This document shows, one piece after another, positions 1 to 12,786 of a stretch of DNA of 64,000 nucleotides. Under the pieces are notes generated by a model, which was given only the letters and a program-made list of their open reading frames with translations, searched no databases and was not told where the DNA came from. The translations under genes and the position numbers were made by a program. This DNA comes from Amphiscolops sp. MND2022 (taxonomy: Eukaryota): NCBI GenBank assembly GCA_964187785.1, contig OZ076409.1:83950001-84014000 (forward strand). Reading direction: 5' to 3'. Position 1 is the first letter of the stretch. Each line of letters starts with the position of its first letter.

Positions 1-696
1 TATCGAGTTGTTCGGCTGATGATTCATTTTACCTTCCTCATTTCGATCATTGTTTTGACTTTTGGCTTCTCATATTCTAAACTATTCCTGCTCCTCTATG
101 GTGGCAAATCTTTATCCAGCTATCTCGGTGTCAATTTACTTCGAAGCTACTGTTTCTATCTCTTGTTCTTAGCTGTGAATGGTTCTGCGGAGTGTTTCAC
201 AGCCGCGACCATGACTGATATCCAGTTGGAAACATACACATTCTTCATGGTTATATTCAGTGTTATTTTCCTCGCTTGCTCGTCCCTGTTATCCCAATAT
301 ATCGGTGCTATAGGTTTCATTCTCGCAAACTGTGTCAACATGTTATGCAGAATTGTTTACTCTTTCATTCATATACGAAATTATTTCGAGTTTTTCCCAG
401 AAGATGAGCAAAAACCATTATCCAAGTCAGATGTATTGCAATCGCTACTTCAAAGTGTTCAACCAGCTAGAGAAACTACCTTAGTTCTGGGCGTTTCCGG
501 GATCTGTTGTGCAATTTCAGAGCAAGTCTTTTGCTGTGGTTCTGGGTGGTATTTCAACACAGTCCATGTTGGTCTAGGTGCAGTATGGTTCGCATTTGCC
601 CTGCTCTCCGTGTTTGTGTTCGACGATAACATCACCTACATTCTCGAACGTTTTCCAATTATTAACAGAATCAAATCAAAACTAAAATCATCCTAA
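1..696 (+). CDS. RFT1: Man5GlcNAc2-PP-dolichol translocation protein RFT1, 3' part (5'-truncated by window edge)
   Basis: The frame is open from base 1. The multi-TM protein has the RFT1 C-terminal motifs FGFSYS..LYGG, LLRSYCFYLLFLAVNGSAECF and GFILANCVNMLCRI. Confidence 0.9.
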   Translation, partial: YRVVRLMIHFTFLISIIVLTFGFSYSKLFLLLYGGKSLSSYLGVNLLRSYCFYLLFLAVNGSAECFTAATMTDIQLETYTFFMVIFSVIFLACSSLLSQYIGAIGFILANCVNMLCRIVYSFIHIRNYFEFFPEDEQKPLSKSDVLQSLLQSVQPARETTLVLGVSGICCAISEQVFCCGSGWYFNTVHVGLGAVWFAFALLSVFVFDDNITYILERFPIINRIKSKLKSS

Positions 697-2601
697 GATA
701 TAAATGTCACAAATTTCATTTAATGTACATGGTATATTGACAAATTTAAACATTTCCTGCCCAATACAATGCATTCCAAATTCAATCGTGTCGTTAGACG
801 TAATATTTTTATCTATGAGTTTCAACTGAGGAGTATACTGGATTTGGGAGTAAACAGTCAATTTTCAGAACGAGACAAAGCAGCTCGAAAATCGGGTATT
901 TTAGCCCGCTCCTAAATTTTCAAGTCATGTAGCGACTTTTAGTTGTCCCGTGAAAAAAAAGATAGCATTGTTCTTGTCAATTCTTCTTTAGAACTGTTTA
1001 GCTCTCAGATGTCATAGTGGGCATGTAGTTATAAAGTTTATCAAATATTGCCCCTCTAGCAAAATTTCAAGATCTGTGCCTCCTCGTCGAATATAGATCT
1101 GGTGAAAATTGAAATTTTTGAATCGGGATGAAAGGATGGTTGTTTCAAATGTCAGTTTTACTGACGAAACACGTTATGCCTCGTAGTTAGTCTGATTATT
1201 AGTTGTTATTGTGACAACGACAAACTTGTTTTTCCTGATTTATGAATCTACTTTTTAATCGCCCCATTTTCTGTCGGCGCTTTATTGTAAATATTCACTA
1301 CTATTATAATGGCTTTTCATCGCTTTTTTTCAATCCATTTGAACTGACCAAAATAGTTTTACAAAATCATGAAATTTACCATTTGCCCCAGCCAACTGAA
1401 ATACGTTAATTGATTTTTCTGATATGAACAAAGTATTGCGCTATCCAAATTTTTGACGTTATATCCGATGTTAGTTGTGTTTCACTAGGGAGGAGGCGGA
1501 GGCTCGAAAATATTGTGCTATATCCGAATTTTTGACGTTATATCCGAACTATATCTGATCTGTTTCGATGTTTCGTTTCCTTGCAAAGTAGAAAAAGCAC
1601 GATATATCTGAATTAATTTTGTTGATACAAATCATGGGTCTCCTCTATCGAACAACGGCTACTCATTTGTAAAAATTCGAAGATAGGTCAAACGATAAAA
1701 TTTCGTAGAACTTTCAAGAACTATTTTGGTCAGTTCGTGTGGATCGAAAAAAAGCCACTGGTATAGTCGCGTATAGTCGCTATCGGACAACGGGAACTCA
1801 TTTGTAAAAATTCGAAGATAGGTCAAACGATAAATCATGCCAATTAGCAAAAAACGACAACTAATTTGGATTGTGGAAAATTTGCCAAATTATACTTCGA
1901 AGACAAATTCAATACAGTAATTACTGTTATCAGCAACAATTAGCAAAATCACTCCATGATCTTATAACTGCATAATTATTAACTTATTAATTTATGTTTA
2001 ATTTATAATCAATCGGTTAATTTTCCGTAATATTACGCAACTATTCAACAATTTTTGGAACGCATTAATGTAATATTTTCTCATAGGAGCTGTCGCTTGA
2101 TATTTCTCGCTGTTGAAAAAATGATCTCGAATGGAAATTTCGTCCCCTTTTGTGTAAAAATGAAAGCGTTTGCCATCATTTCGAAAGCTATTTATATTAA
2201 TACTGACATATTTTTGTGGAGATACTCTGTTGAGCTTTTTTCTGCCTACTTTTTGTTTTTTTTTCTTGTTTCAAATTCTACATTAGCTCCAAGAGCACTC
2301 AAAAGAATAGGAGATTCGAGAAGTACCTGTTCAATACGCGCGATAAGTTTCGAATTGCACTTCTGTGATTATACATTTCTCCTTTTCCTGTACAAATGTT
2401 CCGATCAGATGAAAATTAGCATTAAAATCCTCGAGCATCGTCTATCTTGAAAATTTGAAATTCAAATAATGCCTTATCTTATATTTCGCATCATCAATTC
2501 TGAGTTTCAAGTTCCGTCAGAGTTTTCAATTTTTATGCTGAACAAAGTTGCTGGTTTCAATTTCAAAATCAATTCACTGTAAAATTTGATAAATTCAAAC
2601 A

Positions 2602-5600
2602 ATGGCACAAAAAATCGATGCGTCGAAAGAATTTTCGCCGGTAAGCAACGAAGTTTGTGTGATCAAGAACTGCTACAAGTACAAAGGGATAGTCCTGGAG
2701 GAGTTTTGCCACAAAGATGTGATCCCCACAATCAAAGACATGACCGTCAACCCGGATGACACTTTCATTGTCAGCTACCCTAGAACAGGTATGCGAAAAA
2801 ATGTGCTTCCTGAATTTCCGTTGTTATGCTGGTCAACTGGCATGTTCATGTTCATGTTTAGGATTTCATTTCCTGACGCTAAAATCAAATTGAAAAGTTT
2901 CATGGATTTTCTCCAAGAGTGATTTTGCTACTTTCCTAACTCCCAGACTCTTTTCCTTCCTTCGTTTCCACTCCCATCGTTTCTTTTCGTTTTCGAATTT
3001 TCAGTGCAAAATTATCACAAGAAATCTACTAGACTCAATTTTTCTTTCGTATGCAAATGATGGGAAAACAGAAGTAATTGGAAAAAAAGTCAAACGGACT
3101 CCTCAATTATTCCATTGGAAGGTTTTTGAGCAACAATTGGGACATCCCTAGGCTGTAGGCATTTAGTTTAAACTTGAGCTTTACAAGACGTCAGTGTATG
3201 TATGAATGGCATGCAACGAGACATAAAATACTAGAACCTGTTTGGAGGGTCAAATTTTGTAATAAAATGATATCAAAACTGAGACACATTAGGAAATATT
3301 TAAATATGAAAACTACAAATGGTAACTAAATGACAAATCAGTCGAATTAGGATCAAGTAGTCACTTATAGTTTAGGTCGAAATAGCAGTTAGCCGAGAAT
3401 GCATAGGTTGAAAGTGCGAGCGAGCTGTTGGAATGACAACAGTTGAAATCGCATATGCCAAAATGATTGCAAGTCATACGATTCATACGGATGGCTGCGG
3501 TTTCTAACATTTCAACGAACTTAACATGAACTATTTTTGTGCACATTTTTATGTAATACCTTTGAATATAGACTTGCTTATCACCAGCGAACTATTATTC
3601 GAGCCGCGGCTTATTTTTTAAACCTCGAAGATGAAATATATTAATTGACGTGGAACTGTTTAATCCTACCGCTTGTTTGTTTTTGGATTTTTTTGAGATC
3701 CAACTTTCAAATTGTTGAAGAATTCACATAAGTTGTAGAGTCGTCACCGCAAAAACGTTCAAATCCATTCGAGCTTGTGTGATGATATATGTAACGCAAT
3801 GCTATTGTCCCTAGGAACTACCTGGACCGAAAGAATTTTGGCCTGTCTGCTGGAGGGTCTGGACATTGGTTCATTTGTCGACGTCGAAGCTCGCTTTCCT
3901 TTCATCGAATTCATTCAACCTGAAGAACCAGACCTGCCGCCCTACAACGGCCTGGAATTGGCCAATCAGCAGCAGCGACCTCGCTTCCTCAAAACTCATC
4001 TGCCATTCTCCCTTCTGCCGGAAGATCTGAAAACCAAGGCCAAGATAATATTCATCACCCGCGACCCTCTAGACACACTCATCAGTCACTTCCACTTCTA
4101 CCGCAACATGAGCTGGATCAAATACAACGGGAGTCTCGACGCAATGTACAACGCCTACTTGGCTGGCGAGCACCCTTACGGAGGCTACTTTAAGTAAAGA
4201 TTGAAATATTAGAGTTTAAAATATCAAATGTCAAGCTTATTGAAGGATCTAATTTGCAGACAATTATTTTGAAATATTGAATATCTTGAAATATTGTGTA
4301 TCCTAATTCAAACGATTGATTTCAAACCACAATTATTTTAAGTTGCAGCCAAAATTATTTACAGTCAAATTATTTAGGATCGATAATGATGAAAAAATTT
4401 AGAGAATAAATTCGAAAATGAATTTAGAAAGTGGTATGCCTCGGCTTTCCTTCGTCAGAACCTGCCCTGATCAAAAAGTGGCACGTGGCTCGGCTTCGCT
4501 CCTGCATTTGGGACTCTATGGGCATGGTGCTAAAAATGAGAGTTTCATCTCTTTCGATCCTGGAAACATTTCGATCCTACATGATTCGACTCTGTAAAGC
4601 AATTCCATTTTCATCATCGAAAAAAACATGAATTTTTAAAATCAAAACACAATGTTATTCACATGAAATTTAACCATTCCGTCTACTTTCGAGAAACCAA
4701 ACAAGCTCCCACAAGGTACCTCGCCACAATTCTACGAAAAATCACATCAGGACAATTTATCACTTTACCCCAGTCTTGAACAGTTTCCAATTTCAGGTGG
4801 TACGAAGACTGGGGACAAGCCTTGAGTGAGATTCCTACATCCAATTTCCACTTTGTGAACTTCGAGAAAATGAAAGCGGACCCGAAAGGCGAAATCACCA
4901 AGATGGCCAAGTTTGTGGGCAAAGATCTTTCTGCTGAAGAAATTGCACAAGTTGTTGAAGTTAGTGGATTTTGTGACTGATTTTTCGATGTTCAAAGTTA
5001 GAGCTGTAAAGTTTCTGAGTTAATGTAATTCTTCTGTTCTTGTCAAACCTTTCAGTGGAATTTTCTACAATCACTTAAATATGGATTTTCTCTCAGCTGT
5101 CATCAGTGTTAAGGTGGGATAAGTTTTGCCCTATAATGCATCTATTGATCAACAACAATTTTTTCATCCAGTTTACCCATAAAGGTTTCATTAAGATGTA
5201 CTTGGATCAGAATCATGATCAGCGATTCAAGAATGCTTTTACGCTATTCCAGCAGAAGCATCATAAATACGTTGAATTGTGTATAAATTCATTAAACTCA
5301 ACTTCAAAAATGAAATATATTTTTTTTCATTCACGCGGATTCAATGGCGCATCACTGACAAAGCGTATTGTAAGAGCAACCGATTAATACGCACATAATA
5401 ATTCACACGTGCATTTTATGTAATTCCGTTTTGCTAAAAATGAATCATTGAATCATGAATAGCGTCTCATGAGCTTCAAAATGATATATGACACGTCAAT
5501 ATTGGTAAACCTTGGAAAAATTTTGTAAAACTCCAAATATGTAACAAGCATCTGTTCCCAAAACGAAAAGAAAACACTCTTTGTAGGGTAGTTAAAACAG

Positions 5601-5920
5601 TGTTAAATGACATGCCAACCCTGACTTGCTGTAATTGGTTTTTATTTCGTTGCCAAGTTTGACATCAGTTCGACAAAAGCTGCTGGAAATGTTCCAATAG
5701 TTTTTCGGATTCGTTCTCCATTGTGATTCTTTTTTTATAGATTTCCAGCTTCGATCACATGAAGAAGAGTGTCAACATTCCTGGAATCCCAAACTTCATC
5801 AGATCGGGCAAAGTAGGCGAAGGGAAGAGCAACCTCAACACCCAGCAACGTGAAGAAATGCAAAAGGCAATGACTGACCTTAAACGCAAAGCTCCACGGC
5901 TGCCTCTTGCAGACTACTGA
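2602..5920 (+). CDS. Cytosolic sulfotransferase (SULT family), 4 exons: 2602-2788, 3815-4193, 4797-4959, 5741-5920; 302 aa
   Basis: GT-AG introns in phases 1/2/0 join into one 909-nt ORF. Motifs: 5'-PSB loop YPRTGTTW, catalytic KTH, 3'-PB RDPLDTLISHFHFY, C-terminal FIRSGKVGEGK. Confidence 0.9.
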
Positions 5921-8282
5921 ACCGGTTCTTGCATCGGTTGCACACTTATTGTTTCTCCAAAAATTCGATGCATGCTGCTATGATACTTTTACTCTATAGC
6001 TCTTTGCATCTAACATTACTTTGAAATCATTAGTATGACGATAAGATGATGTTTTGCATTGATGAATGAATTAAGTTTATACCCCCATTTCGGTTTTCTA
6101 GAAAGCACGGTTTTCGAGTAACACTTGTTTAAAAACTGTTCGAAGTCAATTCGATGTGTCATACCTGCATTCGCAGTCTCGATGTTTTTGGTATGTCTTC
6201 ATTGTCAATTCATTACTTTCCACCATTTTGCGTTGTTCAACCGACTATCTTTTGGAAGAACTGCCGTTTGTCTGTCATTTTCTTCAAAGTAACCCAACCG
6301 TGGAAGACTTCCGACTGAGGAAAAATATCATCGGAAGGAGTATAAAATATAAGTTAGTCTTTTTTGTGTAATATAAACCGAAAATGCGCTCAGTTGAAAG
6401 ATCTTTTATTTTTAAATACAAGGCTTTCAGCTAAGATTTTGCTGAAAGATAATCATGCTTAGAATCATTTGAGAGGAGCATATTTTTGCGTTTTGTTTTT
6501 ACTGAGAAATTGTTCCCCAAAAATTGCCGTTATGCATAAATATCGATTTTTGACGATTTCAACTTGTTTTTCTAATTTTTTTTTCACTCAAGTTTTTGGA
6601 CAGTGGTCCCAGTCGAAAAATAACAACCTGTAAATTGACATGAGTTGAGCCGATTTTTGAGAATTGTTTTATTTTTGTTAAATACTTGATCGAAGTTGCG
6701 AAAATTGTCACTTTTTGCCAAACTCAAAGATTTTTTAATGCTGTTCGACTGATCTGCTGTTGAATAGAGCTTAATGAGAAGCTTTTGATATGTACACTCA
6801 GTCAAGTGGACCAGATTTGCGCCATTTTGCACTATCATTGTGATTTTCCATTTTTTTTCATTCCCCTCGAAGTGACCATTTCAAGTATAATATTGACTAA
6901 AAGGGTCCTGCCCTTTGTATTTTTGTATACTTATTCGGATATAAAAGGAGTTTGTGAAAGTTTTTTTAAGCTTTGTGGGACTTATTTTTCAAAAATTTTT
7001 CAAAAAGCTGTTATTTTAAGTTGGGGAAAAACTTTTTTAGACCAACGAGCTCCACTCTGGGTTTATTGACACTGTGCAATTTTTTGGGAAACTTTTCGAT
7101 GAACAAAAGGGTTCTCGCTTTGGGTTTTTTGATATTTCTGAATTTAAAAACTTTTAAGCCCAAAGGATTGAATTTTGTTTTGGCAATGTGATCTTGGCCG
7201 GAAACCTGCAAAATTATAAATTTCTTCGATGTTGTTCTGATTTGGAAGTGAGCCACTTTTGAATTGATTTGAGCGAAGCTGTTCCACCCGGTCTCTTTTT
7301 AAGCAAAAATATATCGAATTTAATGCGAACTGAATGATCACTTTTCTCAAAAGTGTTTCAATTCATTTCCTTTCGAATGAAATGTAGTCGAATCTTGTTA
7401 TAAATGAACTCAATCGAGTGAACCCGTTCTACCCGATCTTCATTGGATTGTCTTTCAAATTAACGAAAAACTTGTCGCTGAAAAATTGTTTTAGATGTGA
7501 GCTCCCCTCTGTTGCTAAAATAATTATGCCTTCGACGTAAAGTCTGTTAATAGTTTTTCTGTTGTAACTTGGTTCCGAAATTACGTTCGGAGTGTAAGAT
7601 GAAACATTCAGTTGGAACGTGTTTGGCTGATAAAGTTCCCAGTTTTCGACGATTTCTCGATTAGAAATATTCGAGTGCAACCGCTGCTTATCTTTCAAAA
7701 TGACCTGAAAATGTGAAACAAAGCAGTTAGGAGACCAAAAAAAACAATGGAGGAAAATTCTTTTGATTGGATATCTACATACAGCATTTTTTCAACGAAA
7801 ATATATTTTTTTTCGAATCATCCAATTGGGACATGTAAAGAACGTGCTGCTCTTCAAGTTGCTGCCCATGAGAACCCAAGTTAAAAGTTGTAAAATTGTT
7901 GTCTTGAAATTTGAACCTGTCTGTTCACATTGTTCTACGACGTTCCAACAATTTTTGGAATATTCATAAACATGTCTAAAGTTTAATGCGAATAGCTCTG
8001 TTGTTCTGCATTTAGAGAAGAACAGTATTTGCAAAATATGATTTGATATCTTTTTGTGACATACGCTGTACGTTTACTGGTAATAGATCCACAGTTTGAT
8101 ACCAAGTTGTAGGCCTCACGAAAAGACATTTACTCTTGACATCTATCCTGTAATATGTTGAGGGAATATTGTAACTCTAAGGGTATCGAGAACGAAAACC
8201 GAGATTTTACCTTGAGCGTAAAGTTAAATATTGCACTCTCATTTGCTTTAACACATTCTTGATTAGTTCCGATATATACATT

Positions 8283-8727
8283 CAGGGTTGGCCAAAATAA
8301 AACATGGGTGTTTTAAAACACGTTTTAAAACAGTTTTAAAACACTGTTTTATTTTAAATAAAATACAATCCCATCAAAGGTTTTTTATTTCATTTAGATG
8401 TAATCGTTGTAGACAGACAAGTAGGCATCTAAAATGAGCAAATTAAAGAAATGTCAAGTGAAAATGAAAATCTATCTCGAAGTATTACTGAAATTGGCAC
8501 TCGAAATGGCATGTCTAGTCCATCCACTCTGATCTTCGCAACAGGCTTGGAGTTCAGAAAGTTGAAAAACTAACTTTTGTGATGCGATATTTGAATGACA
8601 TTGAATAAGATCATTCTTTCAAGCTTGTTTTTCTGTCTTTGTCCGAGGGAATTTTAAACATGTTTTAAAACGTTTAAAACGTTTGTTTTGTTTCAAATTA
8701 ATTTAAAACATAAAATGGCCAACCCTG
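8283..8727. mobile_element. Non-autonomous hAT-type MITE (445 bp)
   Basis: 12-bp TIR CAGGGTTGGCCA...TGGCCAACCCTG and a perfect 8-bp TSD TATACATT (8275-8282 and 8728-8735). Confidence 0.85.
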
Positions 8728-10354
8728 TATACATTTCGAAAACAGTTTGGATCATCTATTGGTCCCAAATATTGCTTACGAATCAAATTTGCTTCGCCAG
8801 AAAATAGCTGAGAATTCTACCATGTGTAGTTAGAATTTTTCTAATTCTTAGAGCTGTACTGTAGTATTACGCGATAGTCAATGATTGACTTAGCATTCGA
8901 ATTGTGAAAGGTTAACAGACAGGATCTAGTGTATTGTTTACGAATTCTGTAAATTAGGCCACAAAGCGTATTCGTTTTTTCGAGAAACGAAAAATCTTAG
9001 TTTTAGCTGCCAATTTTTTCTTTTCCTCCCCAGTTTCTGCCATAACTTCTGTAAATTAGAATTCTATTGAATTCAAGTGCCTGTTGGCGTGGAGTTTAAC
9101 ATGAGTTTCTCTTCGTGGTAAGCTATTTCCTCTGCGTGTATGTGAATTCATATACCGCACTATCTGAAAATTTATGCTTGCAAAGGTGAGGGAAAAACCA
9201 ATGGGTTTCCCGTAGGGTTTTTTGACACTTTCGACTTTGAGTTTTTTTATTTCTGCGATAGCAGGAATATTATTGAAAACTCAAGATGTCTACTTTTTTT
9301 CAGTACAATTCTTCGCATGATACCGAATAATTCAGATATTTTGTTCGGCAGTGACTATAAGCGTGAGAATTAAATTTCTCAAGCTGCTGACGACATTCCA
9401 ATTCTCGTGCGATGGAACGAGCGAGTAGTAATTATGCATTCGTGCGCCGAGTTATTGAGATGAAGCGAATGAGTGTTAATTTTTCGTTCGCGGAGAGCTT
9501 CGCCTGCATTCAAATGCGAATGCGAAATTTCGTCTACGCTTGGTAGTTATATTTGCTTTAGTTCGAGATTTAAAGGCGGTATAAACTGGTACAGTGATTA
9601 ATTGTGCGCTAAATAATGATTAAACAGGAGTGTATTGGTATTCCAGATATGATTCTATTAATGAAAGATTAAAGCAGAAATAGTAGTGTGCCCGGAAGGG
9701 CCTATTTTCTTAAACCGAAAGCCTCTTTCTTTTAGCGGAAACAACGTTTTGCAATCGAAGAGGGCCGTCTAGGGTTTTTTCGGCACAGTGCGACTTCGTT
9801 TCCGCTTGATGAGTTAAACCTGGATTCGAATCCTGCGCGGGACTAACTTTTTAATGCTTCCGGAAGTAAAGGGAGACGGAAGACTTTTTTCGCCCTGCGC
9901 GATTTAACCCCCCAAATTTTTTCGTTTTACCCAAGTATTTTTCATTCTGAGGTTTTAGTGGATAAATATTTTCGCGAGCTTGGAAGCTCCACTGTGGTTT
10001 GGGTTTTTGGCACTGTGCAACGTTTATCGAAAAAAATTGTCGAAGCTTTTTAAACTCTTGTAAGTTGTTTTTTATTATGCCAGTCAAGCACGAACGTTGG
10101 AAGATTACTTGTTTTTGACGCAGCGTGACTCTCGAAAAAATTTTGCTGTGGAGTTGCTGAGAATTCTCTCTAATTTTATTTCCGAGTATATTTGAAAAGA
10201 CTTCCTTAGTGCAATATGCGCGGCTCCAACTTGGATCTTTTGGCAATGTGAAGGCGGTGGAAATGGTAACTACGATATTGCTATTTTGAAACTCGATAAG
10301 CATCAGTATGTTTTCAGATGTATAGAGGTATCTTTGAGATTGTTCCATCACTTA

Positions 10355-12172
10355 TTATTTTCCGCCCATATTTCATATGGGAAAGGAAAATATTTTAATC
10401 GAACGGGTTTTTTTTTACAAAATTTGCCAAGAATTTATTTATATCAAAGCTAAAGGGTTTCACCCATAGAATTCAGCTCACATAAATTTAGCTTCGTGCG
10501 ATTTGTATTTGTGGAGATTTCCGGACTTTTTTAGTTGACCCCAAGGACCCCAGAATGACCCCAAAATAACTCAAAAATGACCCCAAAAAAAGAATTTGCA
10601 TTTTTTACGTTTTAATGCAATTTTTGTCGAGTTTCCGATAAATGTCGTGGATTAGAATGTTGAAAAGATTCACAAAGACAAGAACTCGTTGTCCAGTAGT
10701 TGTTTATGAAGAGATAAATGCGGTGTTTTGGAAAGAAAAAGACCCAAAAATGACAAAGAAAACCAAAAAGTTCCAGATTTTTCACGTTTTTAAGCAATTT
10801 TTGTCAAATTTTCGATAGAATTCGCGGACTAAAATGTTGAAAACGATCAACATGGTACAAGTTTGTTGTCCAGTAGGCGTTTCCGAAGAGATAATGGCTG
10901 TTTTTTATTTGAAAAAGTCTCAAATTGACACCGAAAATGACAAAAGTCCCTAAATTTTCCACTTTTCAATGTTTCTACGCATTTTTCGTCAACTTTTGGA
11001 GACTCCGTGGATTGGAATGTTTTAAGGGGTCAACAAGGAAAACGTTGGTTGTCCAGTAACCATTTTTAAGAGTTTATTGTTTTTTTCTAAACGAAAATGT
11101 CTCAAATTGACACCGAAATTGACAAAAAACAACAAAATTTTCCAGTTTTCAAAGTAAAGTTTTATGCATTTTTTGTTAAAGTTTCACAGACTTCGTGGAT
11201 TGGAATGTTTTAAAGGGTCAACAATGAACAAATTGGTACGTCCCGTAGTCTTTAATGAAGAGATAATTGCAATGTTCTGATTGAAAATGTCTCAAATTGA
11301 CACCGAAAATGACAAAAATCCCAAAAGTTTCCAATTTTCAAAGATTTTAAGCATTTTTTCCAAATTTTTGACAGACTTCGTCAAATGGAACGTTGAAAAG
11401 GGTAAAGGAAAGTAAGTGTTGTCCAGTATGCTTAGAAAAGAGATAAATGCAGTTTTCAATAGGAAATTGTCCGAAATCGACATCGAAAAAGACAAAATTT
11501 CGAAAAAATATCAACTTCCTTCTTTTTCACTTTTTGTCAAAATATCGATAGACTTCGTGGACTACAGTGTTTAAACGCTTAAGGCGTGGGCAAACTTGTT
11601 GTTTCGGTGAGCTTTCGTTACGAGATAAGTTCAATTCGTAAAAGAAAAGGGCCTCAAATTGACCTGAGATGTCAAAATTTCGAAGTTTTTGTCGTTTTTG
11701 ATGCAATTTCTGTTGATTTTTCGAAAGATTTTGTTCTAAGCTCCGCAATCCACTCAACAACGAAAAAACGAGCTATGCAATATTTTCTTGAAGAGAATAT
11801 TACAGTAATTTGCTTCACAAACACTTGAGAATGACTCCAAAGGAGTCGAAAAATTTCAACTTTGTTTTTGTGCAACTTGTGTACTTTTTGAATCGTTTTG
11901 GTGTCAGAATGTCAGCAAACGTTCAACAAAGACTGAGCTCATATTCAATTAGGCTTTCAGGGGAATATTTGCAGATTTCGGTTGGAAAATGGCTGAAAAG
12001 TGACCGTAAAAAGTCGAAAGCTTGAAAATTTTTGTCGATTTCTGACATTTTCAGTGAATTTTTATTTGAGATTGGAAAATTTTGGTAAACTAAAAAAATT
12101 GAGCCTCAAACTTATGTAGTTGTAGAACAGTTCGGGGCGGAAAATATCCCGCTGCTCAGCGGGCGTCTTGTT
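10355..12172 (+). mobile_element. Helentron-associated non-autonomous element (HINE/DINE-like), family A, with internal ~180-190-bp tandem repeats
   Basis: 5' subTIR TATTTTCCGCCC (10356) pairs with 3' subTIR GGGCGGAAAATA (12135), followed by hairpin CCCGCTG-CT-CAGCGGG and a CTTGTT end. Internal units recur at about 10921, 11103, 11293, 11470 and 11656. An inverted copy lies at 56771-57708. Confidence 0.7.
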
Positions 12173-12204
12173 TATTATTTAATGAACAATCGTTGTTCGC
12201 AAGT

Positions 12205-12396
12205 GTTTTTAGTCGGCGCATTTTAACAAAATGAGCCCGACTATTACAGTGGGCATTTTTTCGTCAGATAACAGAATGTATGCTGCGTAGTGGACACTTT
12301 TTAGTGTCCACTACGCAGCATACATTCTGTTATCTGACGAAAAAATGCCCACTGTAATAGTCGGGCTCATTTTGTTAAAATGCGCCGACTAAAAAC
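12205..12396. repeat. Perfect palindrome, 94-bp arms with TTTT loop
   Basis: 12205-12298 is the exact reverse complement of 12303-12396. Confidence 0.95.
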
Positions 12397-12786
12397 TACT
12401 AAACTACTGGACCGCTTTCATTTACTCCTTTTTTAACGTAAGATACAAAACCGGACGCGACTATAGGGTGCCTCTTTTTTTTCGAATTTTTTTGTCGCCA
12501 AAAGGTCCCCCTTTCAAGTTTGATATTTTGCAGCAAGCAACTCAAGTTTCAAAAAGCCCAAAGGGTTCCCCCTTTCAAGTTTTTCGGCACTATGAGACTG
12601 TTTCAAAATTTTTCGCTTTTTTTCGAAAAATATTTAATGTCTCCAAAGAATCTCCCTTCATTTTTTTGATATTTTGCAACAAACTGGATTTTCAAAAAGG
12701 CAAAACGGTCCCCCCTTTTACAATTTAAAAACTTTGCGCTTTTTGAGCCTTAAATATAGCGCCGACTTAAGACGTTACGTCTTGTT
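12205..12786 (+). mobile_element. HINE-like element, family B, with a perfect fold-back palindrome at its 5' end
   Basis: SubTIR AGTCGGCGC / GCGCCGACT, a small GACG..CGTC hairpin and a CTTGTT end. Related copies lie at 48603-49143 and 50910-51385. Confidence 0.65.

Noticed and set aside
1299..1850. Inverted and direct repeats suggesting a MITE
   Set aside because: Degenerate, and the termini and TSD could not be fixed.
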